The position numbers and the translations under genes were made by a program. The notes under the pieces were generated by a model that worked only from the letters and a program-made list of their open reading frames with translations, ran no database searches and was not told the origin of the DNA. 35,623 nt of DNA from Chloroflexota bacterium (lineage in GTDB: Bacteria > Chloroflexota > Anaerolineae > Anaerolineales > UBA4823), in NCBI GenBank assembly GCA_017860725.1, contig JAGDMX010000001.1, positions 1 through 35,623 of the forward strand, in the 5' to 3' direction. Of this stretch, positions 17,401 through 24,810 are shown one piece after another (within the stretch, counting starts at the first letter, position 1; every line of letters starts with the position of its first letter).

Positions 17401-18009
17401 TACTGCGATGGCTCACCTGCCGGGCATGGTGAGGTCGTGATTTCCACCGTGCACGATACGAATTTTCCTCAGAATTTCCGGTTGGAATGCCAGGATAAAG
17501 TTCAGATCGGTCCGTATGAATACCCGCTGCAGAAAAAGCCGAAGAACTCGCCAGGTTGGGTCAACACCGGCTTTGACGAATACGAGGCCGCTTTCCCGAT
17601 GTCCCCCGGACCGCTGTCCTTCAAAATCTGTCGGGATGGATATGTGTGTAGTAACTCCATTGGTCAGGTGCTGATCGATCCCGACGGCTATGTCTACGAC
17701 TCCAGCATAAGCCCAAGCGCAGTAATTCAGGGCGCTACGGTAACTTGCAAGATGTACGATGAAGATTACCAGGTGTGGAGCCGCTGGCCGGCCGAGCTTT
17801 TCGAAAGCCAGGTCAACCCCCAGGTGACTCTGGCAGATGGCTACTATGCCTTTTTTGTGCCGCCTGGCCTGTATCGAGTGGAAGCTAGCGCTCCGGGTTA
17901 CACCCCGCATATCAGCCCGAATATCCAGGTAATCAATGAAGTCGTGCACTATAACGTGCCGTTAGTGCCGCTATATCAAAAGATCTACCTGCCGCTGGTC
18001 AACCGTTGA
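14416..18009 (+). CDS. Large secreted protein: signal peptide, right-handed parallel beta-helix (PbH1/NosD-like) repeats, Ig-like region and a C-terminal carboxypeptidase-regulatory-like domain
   Basis: A GGAGGG Shine-Dalgarno sequence lies 5 nt upstream of the start. The signal peptide is MDKIRLSIVVGCLFACGLVLLAAGA. Repeated G-x-rich beta-helix turns are present (IVGNTFTNN, VAGNRFTNITNFGV, RENFFQSNKTGV). The C-terminus has GYYAFFVPPGLYRVEASAPGYTPH and the protein ends IYLPLVNR. Confidence 0.8.
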   Translation: MDKIRLSIVVGCLFACGLVLLAAGARLQQFSALAAPSTDVSGLITTNTIWSPAGNPYIVTGDVTVEPGVTLVIEPGVQVRFDGVYAFNVRGTLNAVGTHEQPIVFTSNKPSPLAGDWGVLDIRADSQHSRMEHVMIEYGGNNGKAGWYCASGALCVNTSSFRLEASTLRNSATRAVVLSQSSAIIYNNTFDHVTWEAIRLHTCDLAKGECHPLIVGNTFTNNQYPILLDNAQLPEMSGNTASGNQVNGFVLSPMCYLKGNNTFVAGDLPYVVVASGSWCHIGTYGVSTRLTIQPGTIFKLQNTIKFQYDTVITATGTVEQPIIFTSLKDDSVGGDTNNDGSITSPAGEDWGAIFHEGINVKASYQHVIWRYGGGTAFGWGPLVAVQGGANVTIRDSELSQAEVGVYTYDTATLDFQNNQVHHLVTSGVDTYSTGSVLVAGNRFTNITNFGVTVQRGAPVLRENFFQSNKTGVEVICSANPCSPVVSPHNRFIGSGQTGVNVRYPASVCVDGRRNGWGDVSGPHDNSTVVDACGMADNPGGLGAPVSNGVNYNPWEGGMGRPVISSPRCGVTAQNQPLVYGWAPAGALVSFYDEGVKIGDTVANDGDTFSWVPGDPFSDGHHSLTAIAELGGQTSLPTPMLVLQVDSSLPYDPMGVRIRYDLHGIQYVQMLRDAQGCSSLGTSLETPVWVRPGTIMTVTVPVRSMTTLSDPVLLYDNLDAISSPHSGGQAATDSSDWELAPTREVPVQNDSGQTIIGYRVAAPGYYPGNRIYTGYGPVEKIPGGDIPGGMSGVIEVEGVADVILVTDDGALHRVDGNLGDPGFGGITVPENSSPANLTIHNNSGSTLFPVYIGRTSSIGSDYYGGSNLFLGVENERNEMVSLPANTDEDTRYHGLALGHDGGETIYYPVKIFIPAGRSAETTIENGYGVVDITNGFPGDICDFGLVPYEEQPGGTSHKPLNLLQYLDASNPQPKILEGGQLPRIRVGAGRYYWQAYYCDGSPAGHGEVVISTVHDTNFPQNFRLECQDKVQIGPYEYPLQKKPKNSPGWVNTGFDEYEAAFPMSPGPLSFKICRDGYVCSNSIGQVLIDPDGYVYDSSISPSAVIQGATVTCKMYDEDYQVWSRWPAELFESQVNPQVTLADGYYAFFVPPGLYRVEASAPGYTPHISPNIQVINEVVHYNVPLVPLYQKIYLPLVNR

Positions 18010-18128
18010 GCCGGAACGCACCAGATCCCGCTTATCGTTGGGCGGGAGTCTTCTCCTGCCGGTCTCAGGATCGGATTCTATACCCGCCTTATATACGGCG
18101 CTTAATTTGTCTGTTCCAGGGAGCGTTA

Positions 18129-19208
18129 TTATAAGAATCCGGCTAACAGGTACAGGATTGCGAAGGCACTGAGGGCAACCAAGATAAACAGCACTGTCAA
18201 CCAGATCCAAAACGGCAGTGTTCTTCCCCCAATCTGCCAGGGACTCGCCAGCAGGCTTCGAACCGACTCGGGCTCGAGCAGGCTTTTCAAAAGCGCATGG
18301 TAGCCGATCTTATCCGGTTGTTCATCTGCCTCCTGGGGCTGCATGGAAGCCGGATCGGAATCCCGTTCGAGTTTGGATAGGGCAGCCTCCATTTCAACCG
18401 CGCCGGAAAACCTGAGTTCGGGATCCTTCTGCAAAGCACGTGTCACAATGTTTGCCAGTCCATCGGGCACCTGTTGGTTGAATTGTTGTGGGGATGGAGC
18501 AGTGTCCATTGCATGCATCCGCACGACGGACCAGGCATCATTGGATTCGAATGGTAGCCGACCGGTAAGCATTTCAAAAATAGTAGCCCCTAAGCTGTAA
18601 ATGTCGGACTGGGGAGTAAGTTTTTTCCCACGCGCCTGTTCGGGTGAAATGTATCCCACCCCCGCAAGCATCACATGGGTTTTAGACAGACCTGACTCGG
18701 AGAGCAGTCTGCTTAACCCAACGTCGGTCACCTTCACCTGCCCATCGGCGGTGAGAAGAATGTTCTGGGGTTTGATTCCTTGATGAACCAATCCTTGCTG
18801 GTGAATAACGTCTAAGGCGACGCAAATCTGGCGAGTGATATACGCGGTAAGGGCCGGGGACAGTAAACCATATTCGCTGATGTATGATCCCAGGTCTGTG
18901 CCATCGACCCATTCCATGATGATGTAATACCGAGTTTGATCGACACCGTAGTCGAGGATGTGTACGAGATTATCATGGGACAGCTCAGCCAGGCGCCGCA
19001 TATGATTACGGAAACGAATGGCAAAGCGCGGGTCAGAATGATATTGGGTATGAAACACCTTGATCGCCACTGGCTGTCCGTTTTCGGGGGGGGTGGCGCG
19101 GTAGACTGAAGCCATGGGACCCCGGCTGATCTCTTCTTGTAGTATGTAGCCGGCGCCAATTTTCGCGCTGCTTTTCGGCTGTGGGTTATTAAGCGTTGTC
19201 GAGACCAT
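18129..19208 (-). CDS. Tail-anchored Ser/Thr-kinase-fold protein with degenerate catalytic motifs (predicted pseudokinase)
   Basis: The kinase fold is recognisable: VAIKVF, YISPEQ and DIYSLGATIFEMLTGRLPF. However, the G-loop is ISRGPMASVY, HRD is HQG (18777-18785), DFG is DVG (18717-18725) and the alpha-C Glu position reads RFRNH. There is a single TM helix at the extreme C-terminus (LPFWIWLTVLFILVALSAFAILYLLAGFL). Confidence 0.85.
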   Translation of the reverse strand: MVSTTLNNPQPKSSAKIGAGYILQEEISRGPMASVYRATPPENGQPVAIKVFHTQYHSDPRFAIRFRNHMRRLAELSHDNLVHILDYGVDQTRYYIIMEWVDGTDLGSYISEYGLLSPALTAYITRQICVALDVIHQQGLVHQGIKPQNILLTADGQVKVTDVGLSRLLSESGLSKTHVMLAGVGYISPEQARGKKLTPQSDIYSLGATIFEMLTGRLPFESNDAWSVVRMHAMDTAPSPQQFNQQVPDGLANIVTRALQKDPELRFSGAVEMEAALSKLERDSDPASMQPQEADEQPDKIGYHALLKSLLEPESVRSLLASPWQIGGRTLPFWIWLTVLFILVALSAFAILYLLAGFL

Positions 19209-19225
19209 GAAATTCTTGCCAGTTC

Positions 19226-21004
19226 TTACGGGTAAGGATTCCCGGATGTAGAATCAGTAGTCCCGGTTATTGGGACGATCAATTCTTGCCCTTCGGAGAT
19301 ACTATTCGGGTTGAGGATCTGGTTGGCATCCATCAATACCTGAATGGTGGTGTCAAAGCGCAATGCAATCTCTAGGAGAGTCTCGCCCGGGCCGACCACG
19401 TAGGTTTGAAATTCCATGCCGCGATAGACGTGCGGCAAAAATACTTTCGACTCAGTCCCGACGCCGTTGGGAGAGATGCTTACAGGAGCTTTATCCCAGC
19501 GGGAATAATTTAGGACGGTGAGCTGTTCGTTAATCCAATCCTCCTGGCGCACATAGCCATGGCTATCCAGCCATCCTTTTACAGACCAGTTCGGATCAAC
19601 AGTCTCTATATCCCGGACGACCAGCCACACATAGGGGACGCCTTTGAATAGAGCATTCAGGTCCCCAACTTCTTTTGGTTTGGGGTGGAGCAGTATTTCA
19701 TCGCCCGGATAGCCTTGCGTCTCAACCGATGCTTCGTAATCCGAGTAATAATATTGGAATGGCAATTCGGCATACCCGGGGAGGAAAATCACCAGCCCTC
19801 CAGGCTTGTCCTTAACCTCTTGCGCAACATAGGCTGCGGTAGCGCGCCAGTCTTCTTTCTCTTCGTTGATGGCGTTATAACCGATTGAGACGAAATTCAT
19901 AGCCACTAAAGGCAGTAAAAATGCCAGCACTGCTTTTGAGCTGCGAAACTGCCCGACGGTGCCGGCGACGAGCAGATAATAACCCAGGGAGGCTGCAATT
20001 AAATTGCGGCTGAGGAAGATTGGCTGCCGCAAGCTGACCAACAATGAAAAGACCAGGGGGATGAAAAGCCATAGCGAAGTGAGGCGGAGTTGCCACCCTT
20101 TCCTGGGGATGATATACGCCAGGATAAAGATCGTCGCCATGTAAACCAGGCTGAGCTCGATATAAGGGAAGTTAAAATTATGGAAATCCAGGAGCGTTTC
20201 TAATACCGTTTGGAAGGAGGGTGGTTGAAGCCAGAAATCTTCCGTCACCCGTCGAGTCTGGGTCCAGAAAAATGGTAGCCACGGCAGGTATAGCAGCCCG
20301 ATTGCCGCCATGCTGATCAGCCAGCCGGTCAAACGCTCTTTATACCGCCGGAGAGACAGCAAGAAGAAGATCGAGATCGTAGCAACATACCAGAATGCAC
20401 CATTGTCGGTATATAATGCCAGCGCTGTGGTGAGTACAAACCAGATCCAATCCCTGCGATTCCCAAAACGTAGTGCCCGAAAAAAGAAATAAGCCGAGAT
20501 CAGGATAAAGCAGGTCAGCATGGCGTACATGCGCGTTTCCTGTGCGTACCAGATGTGGAAGGGTGAAAAAGCCAGCACAGCCGCGGCGATCAAGCCAATC
20601 CGTTCATCCTCGAAGATATTCTTCCCTACCAAGTAGATCAACACAATCGATGCAACGCTGAATAAAGCAGACAGCAGTCGCACCTGTGCTTCACCATCAC
20701 CCAGGACCAGCCACATTTTTAACAGCAGATAGTAAAGGGGTGGATGGGTATCGGTTTGGACAACCATCCGCAGGATGTCCGCCAGGCTGTGCTGGCTGAT
20801 CGCGATACTAAAGGCTTCGTCCAGCCATATGCTTTTTTCCGTCAATTGGTATAGTCGCAGACTGGCCCCGATCACCACCAGGATGGCAAGCATCTTTTGT
20901 TGCAGGGTCAGTTGTGCCAACCACTTTTGGGCGCGTAATAAAATCGGGGATTTTGCATACTCACTTCTATGAACCGATAGATCCTTTTTGGTGTCTTCGC
21001 TCAT
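19226..21004 (-). CDS. GT-C fold glycosyltransferase (PMT_2 / ArnT-like, GT39/GT83-type) fused to a C-terminal LysM domain
   Basis: The protein has about 11 TM helices. The first-loop acidic motif is SIWLDEAF, with THPPLYYLLL nearby. The C-terminal soluble region ends in LysM (YVVGPGETLLEIALRFDTTIQVLMDANQILNPNSISEGQELIVP). Confidence 0.85.
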   Translation of the reverse strand: MSEDTKKDLSVHRSEYAKSPILLRAQKWLAQLTLQQKMLAILVVIGASLRLYQLTEKSIWLDEAFSIAISQHSLADILRMVVQTDTHPPLYYLLLKMWLVLGDGEAQVRLLSALFSVASIVLIYLVGKNIFEDERIGLIAAAVLAFSPFHIWYAQETRMYAMLTCFILISAYFFFRALRFGNRRDWIWFVLTTALALYTDNGAFWYVATISIFFLLSLRRYKERLTGWLISMAAIGLLYLPWLPFFWTQTRRVTEDFWLQPPSFQTVLETLLDFHNFNFPYIELSLVYMATIFILAYIIPRKGWQLRLTSLWLFIPLVFSLLVSLRQPIFLSRNLIAASLGYYLLVAGTVGQFRSSKAVLAFLLPLVAMNFVSIGYNAINEEKEDWRATAAYVAQEVKDKPGGLVIFLPGYAELPFQYYYSDYEASVETQGYPGDEILLHPKPKEVGDLNALFKGVPYVWLVVRDIETVDPNWSVKGWLDSHGYVRQEDWINEQLTVLNYSRWDKAPVSISPNGVGTESKVFLPHVYRGMEFQTYVVGPGETLLEIALRFDTTIQVLMDANQILNPNSISEGQELIVPITGTTDSTSGNPYP

Positions 21005-21007
21005 TAC

Positions 21008-22846
21008 TTAATCCATCGATACCTGCCCTGGAGATTCGGTCTTGGGTTGCTTGACCGGCAAGGCTTCGAGCAATGCAAACCGCAGGGCGGATAGGTAGAT
21101 GATGGCATGCCATGCGAGCAGAATCGCCAGAAGCACACCCTCCCGGTTCGTACGGAGGTTGAGCACCAGAGGGATTGCCGCGACCAGGAGGATTCCCAGA
21201 ATGGTCTCCCAAGAAGTGGCTTTCAAGGCACGCGTGAGGTCGGTTTCGAGGCCATATTTTGGAGTTCGTAGAAAAGTCCCCTTATCGTTCCATAACGCGG
21301 ATATACACGCCCGGGCTACTGTCAAGCTGAGTGCTAACATGGCCATAAACGCCCCCAGTCCGGAACGCCAGGAGCATCCCGTGGTCAGGTGCAGCGCCCA
21401 GGCGACGCGCAAAACCCCGGTGAGGATCGAGATCACAGGGACAAACAGGATCCACTCAGCCAGTTGCCGGATCGGTAACTGCCAGTCGTAGGCAAAAGCA
21501 GCGGTGGTAAGGAGCAAAAAACCAGTAAATATCAATACCAACAAGTCGTTGAACCAGCCCAATAAACCCATCAGGTAGCGAAGACGCTGTTGAAAAGAGA
21601 GTTTTTCAACCTGGTCTGATCTGCTCCAGGGGAGCAACCTCCAGCCATAGCGTTTAAGAATCTGCATCCCTCCGAAAGCCCAACGAAAACGCTGTTTCTT
21701 GGTGGCATCGAATGTCGTGGGGAGCAGACCATGCCCGAAAGCCTGGTTAATGTATACACTCTGGTAGCCTTTTTGTAGCATACGTAAGCTGGCTTCTGCA
21801 TCTTCGGTAATGCACCACTCATCCCAGCCACCAATGCGCTCGAGAACCCGCTTGCGAATGAGCCCCATCGTGCCACAGAAGATGATGGCATTCTGCTCGT
21901 TGCGGGAGCGCATGCTGATCTCGAAGAAGAAACGCTGCGCTAATGCGCTGAAGTGAGCAAACAAGTTTTCATCACGGTTGTAAAAGGATTGCGGCGTCTG
22001 GACGAAAGCCACCCGCGGGTTGCTGAAGTAAGGTACGGTCTCGCGCAGAAAGCTGGGAGTAACCAGGTAGTCGGAATCGACCACCGCGACGACTTCGACA
22101 TCTGGGGCAGTCTGGGTCAGGGCAAAATTCAGCGCGCCAGATTTAAAACCGGGGTAGTCCTGCAGGTGAAATACTTTGATGCCATTCTGATAGCAGAAAT
22201 TCACTACCGGGCGCCAGAGCACATCGTCTGTGGTGTTGTCGTCTACCATGATCACTTCGTAGGTGGGATAGTCGAGTTTGCGGAGAGCAGTTAGGGTCTT
22301 AATCACCATATCAGGCGGTTCGGCATGGGCTGGAACGTGGACGGAGACTTTAGGCCAGTAATCGTTCGGGCCAGTGAACGGGGGAAAGTAACGCTGCCAG
22401 CGAAGACGGGCGACTACATCCAGCACTTCGAAAGCAAAATATAGAGTCAGGAGGACGACGACCACCTCTGCAGAGAACAATACCAGAGAACCGATAACCA
22501 CATGTCGCGCCAGGTTTCCAAAAAGGATCACCCACAAAATTCGCCCCAGGAACACAAGTTGAACTACGCCAAAAGCAGCCAGGAAGGCGTGCCCGCGGCT
22601 GTTCCAATCCGGCAGGCGGTTCCACAAGAAAACGCAAAGTAATGCATATCCCAGGGTAAATATAGCAGTCAGCCCCAGCTCGCGCCGCCAGACAAAATAA
22701 ATCAGTGCAGAGACTACTAGAACGATGGCGAGATGAAGATTGCCGGTAAACCTGCTTTCACCTTTGGGACGATAACCGGTCAGGATCAGCCAGGCGAAGC
22801 TGGCTAAGGTAGCAGTGATCGCGTAATAAAAAAATTCTTCGATCAT
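21008..22846 (-). CDS. Processive family-2 glycosyltransferase (cellulose/curdlan/chitin-synthase-like beta-glycan synthase)
   Basis: The catalytic motifs are EVIMVDDNTTD, AVVDSDY (DxD), CITEDAEASL (TED) and KKQRFRWAFGG (QxxRW). Multiple TM helices lie both N- and C-terminal to the catalytic domain. I see no PilZ-like C-terminal domain. Confidence 0.9.
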   Translation of the reverse strand: MIEEFFYYAITATLASFAWLILTGYRPKGESRFTGNLHLAIVLVVSALIYFVWRRELGLTAIFTLGYALLCVFLWNRLPDWNSRGHAFLAAFGVVQLVFLGRILWVILFGNLARHVVIGSLVLFSAEVVVVLLTLYFAFEVLDVVARLRWQRYFPPFTGPNDYWPKVSVHVPAHAEPPDMVIKTLTALRKLDYPTYEVIMVDDNTTDDVLWRPVVNFCYQNGIKVFHLQDYPGFKSGALNFALTQTAPDVEVVAVVDSDYLVTPSFLRETVPYFSNPRVAFVQTPQSFYNRDENLFAHFSALAQRFFFEISMRSRNEQNAIIFCGTMGLIRKRVLERIGGWDEWCITEDAEASLRMLQKGYQSVYINQAFGHGLLPTTFDATKKQRFRWAFGGMQILKRYGWRLLPWSRSDQVEKLSFQQRLRYLMGLLGWFNDLLVLIFTGFLLLTTAAFAYDWQLPIRQLAEWILFVPVISILTGVLRVAWALHLTTGCSWRSGLGAFMAMLALSLTVARACISALWNDKGTFLRTPKYGLETDLTRALKATSWETILGILLVAAIPLVLNLRTNREGVLLAILLAWHAIIYLSALRFALLEALPVKQPKTESPGQVSMD

Positions 22847-22852
22847 GCTGGG

Positions 22853-24775
22853 TTAATGATTTCTACGCCTCAGCCAGAACACAGCAGCCAGGCAGCCGAT
22901 GGCGAAAGCGGCAAAGACAGCCAGGGCGGTAACTTCCCACATTTTCCAAGCTGGACGAGTAGGAGACTTCGGATCGATGGTAGGAGGGGTCGCGGTCGAT
23001 GAAGCCTGTATGGGATCTGGAGATAATTTTTCTGTGGTCGTACCTTGTGGCGTAGCTGTCAGAGCCGGTACGGTATTGACCGGGGTCACAGAAGACGGGG
23101 TGATGGTTGCAGCAAGAGGGCCCAATTGGGTCGAACCGGGCTCACTACCCCAAATAACCTGACCGTTCATGGCGATAGTCACCCGTTCCCATTCCTGGTA
23201 TTCACCGCTTGGCGAAAAGCTATAGTCATCTGCTTGTTGAAATTCAGTCCAATCCGTGCGGTTGAAGCGAATCTTAATCTCGCCAGTATCTTCACCGGGG
23301 AGCAGTGGCTCCAGCCCGGTTTGAAAATGGAGGCGTAAATAACGGAAGCCTCCTGGTAATATGTTGAACTCTCCGGAGATATTTGCGCAGCCAATCTCGG
23401 CCCAATCACAATGGAAAGTATAGGCCAGATCGTCTTCGTCGCTGAACCAGTAATAGAGCTCGACGGCATCCAAAGGTACAGGCGTTGAGCCTGCATTGAC
23501 AAGGATCAATTCCGGCTTGGAATCGAGTGTGTTTTCCGCCGGATTGGCATTTCGATAGAGTACGCGTAGCGTTCCAGAGATTGGCGGTGTCGCGGAGGCA
23601 ATCCGGGAGGCTGGTTCGGTCCCAATTTGTTCAATCCCAATCAGCGGAAACTGGTAACCGGAGAGCAGCTCTCGCTTGTTCGGGTCAACGCTTTGCCAGT
23701 CATCTAACAGGATGCCCCCGGTGTCCCCGGAGTTAGGATTGAGGGTCCAATAGACATAGCTGACGTTGTTCTCGCGCAGATAAGACACCAATGCCCGCTG
23801 CCAGATACCTTCCCGATCATCACCCACCGAGCGCCCGCCAAACTCACCCACGATCACCGGAGCGATATTTCCCTTTTGCAGGTAACCCCAGTGGCTGTCC
23901 CAAATTTCCGGCATGTTTTCGGGAAAGTCAGGTTCTGCAAACCAGGGTTGAGGATAAACACCCGGCCCATACACATGTGTGCTGTAAACCAAACGTCCTG
24001 GCACGTTAAGGTGCACGGGATACTCGTTGGCGCCCAGCAGGTTGCCACCCCACCAGTACCAGTCGCCTTCAAACTCCTGTACGCCTTGAACGATGATCAA
24101 GACATTGGGGTTAACCTCAAGGATGGCATTGCCGGCACGCTCGGCTGCCAGGCTCCAATCTGTGGCAGGGTCTCCGCTGCCCCATGTCGCCCGCCCATGC
24201 GGCTCGTTATGTAAATCCATGCCGATCACCGTATCATCCCAGGAGTAACGTTCGGCCAGCATGACCCAATCATTGATCCAGCGCTCCTCGCTGTATTGAG
24301 ATGTGTACCACAGTTCGGACTGCGAATGGCTGTCAGGTCGATGGCGATCCAGGATAACTTTCAAGCCCCGCTCGCCAGCTTCAGCGATAATCGTATCCAT
24401 AATTTCGAGGCCGTTTAATCCCTCCAAATCCGGATTGAGATCATAATTGATCCCATTTGGGATGCTGGCAGGGTCAAACAGCTGATTACTGTAGGGCAGG
24501 CGTATCGTATTAAAGCCCAATTCCACGATCTGATCTAGGATACTTTCCAGGTTACGCGCCCATAGGCCGTGTGGGGCATAGCTTTCGGTCTCCAGGCCGA
24601 ACCAATTGATCCCGGTCAAGATCACCTGGTTGCTGCTTGAATCCAAAATTCGACTGCCATCGGTATGCAAATAATTAGGGGTTTGTGCATAGGCGTGCCA
24701 ATAAATGCCAAGGCTACCAAATATGCTCCCGATCAGGAGTGTTAGATATAATAATTTCCGATAAAATTGACCCAT
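22853..24775 (-). CDS. GH5 endoglucanase with a CBM3-like module, an N-terminal signal/anchor and a C-terminal TM anchor
   Basis: GH5 catalytic motifs are MDLHNEPH (acid/base) and VIVGEFGG (nucleophile). The CBM3-like module reads LRVLYRNANPAENTLDSKPELILVNAGSTPVPLDAVELYYWFS...TFHCDWAEIG. A P/T-rich linker is followed by WEVTALAVFAAFAIGCLAAVFWLRRRNH. Confidence 0.85.
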   Translation of the reverse strand: MGQFYRKLLYLTLLIGSIFGSLGIYWHAYAQTPNYLHTDGSRILDSSSNQVILTGINWFGLETESYAPHGLWARNLESILDQIVELGFNTIRLPYSNQLFDPASIPNGINYDLNPDLEGLNGLEIMDTIIAEAGERGLKVILDRHRPDSHSQSELWYTSQYSEERWINDWVMLAERYSWDDTVIGMDLHNEPHGRATWGSGDPATDWSLAAERAGNAILEVNPNVLIIVQGVQEFEGDWYWWGGNLLGANEYPVHLNVPGRLVYSTHVYGPGVYPQPWFAEPDFPENMPEIWDSHWGYLQKGNIAPVIVGEFGGRSVGDDREGIWQRALVSYLRENNVSYVYWTLNPNSGDTGGILLDDWQSVDPNKRELLSGYQFPLIGIEQIGTEPASRIASATPPISGTLRVLYRNANPAENTLDSKPELILVNAGSTPVPLDAVELYYWFSDEDDLAYTFHCDWAEIGCANISGEFNILPGGFRYLRLHFQTGLEPLLPGEDTGEIKIRFNRTDWTEFQQADDYSFSPSGEYQEWERVTIAMNGQVIWGSEPGSTQLGPLAATITPSSVTPVNTVPALTATPQGTTTEKLSPDPIQASSTATPPTIDPKSPTRPAWKMWEVTALAVFAAFAIGCLAAVFWLRRRNH

Positions 24776-24810
24776 ACGCCGTCGAATAAGGCCCTACTCT
24801 AAATAGCGAG

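Noticed and set aside
17413-17949. A 178-aa minus-strand ORF lies inside the 3' part of the 1197-aa gene.
   Set aside because: It lies antisense within a well-supported long CDS, has no motif, and is not positioned as part of any minus-strand operon.
18010-18128. A possible terminator (TCCCGC...GCGGGA, about 18027-18048) was noted between the convergent beta-helix and pseudokinase genes.
   Set aside because: The stem is only 6 bp with a 10-nt loop and a poor T-tract, which is too weak to call.
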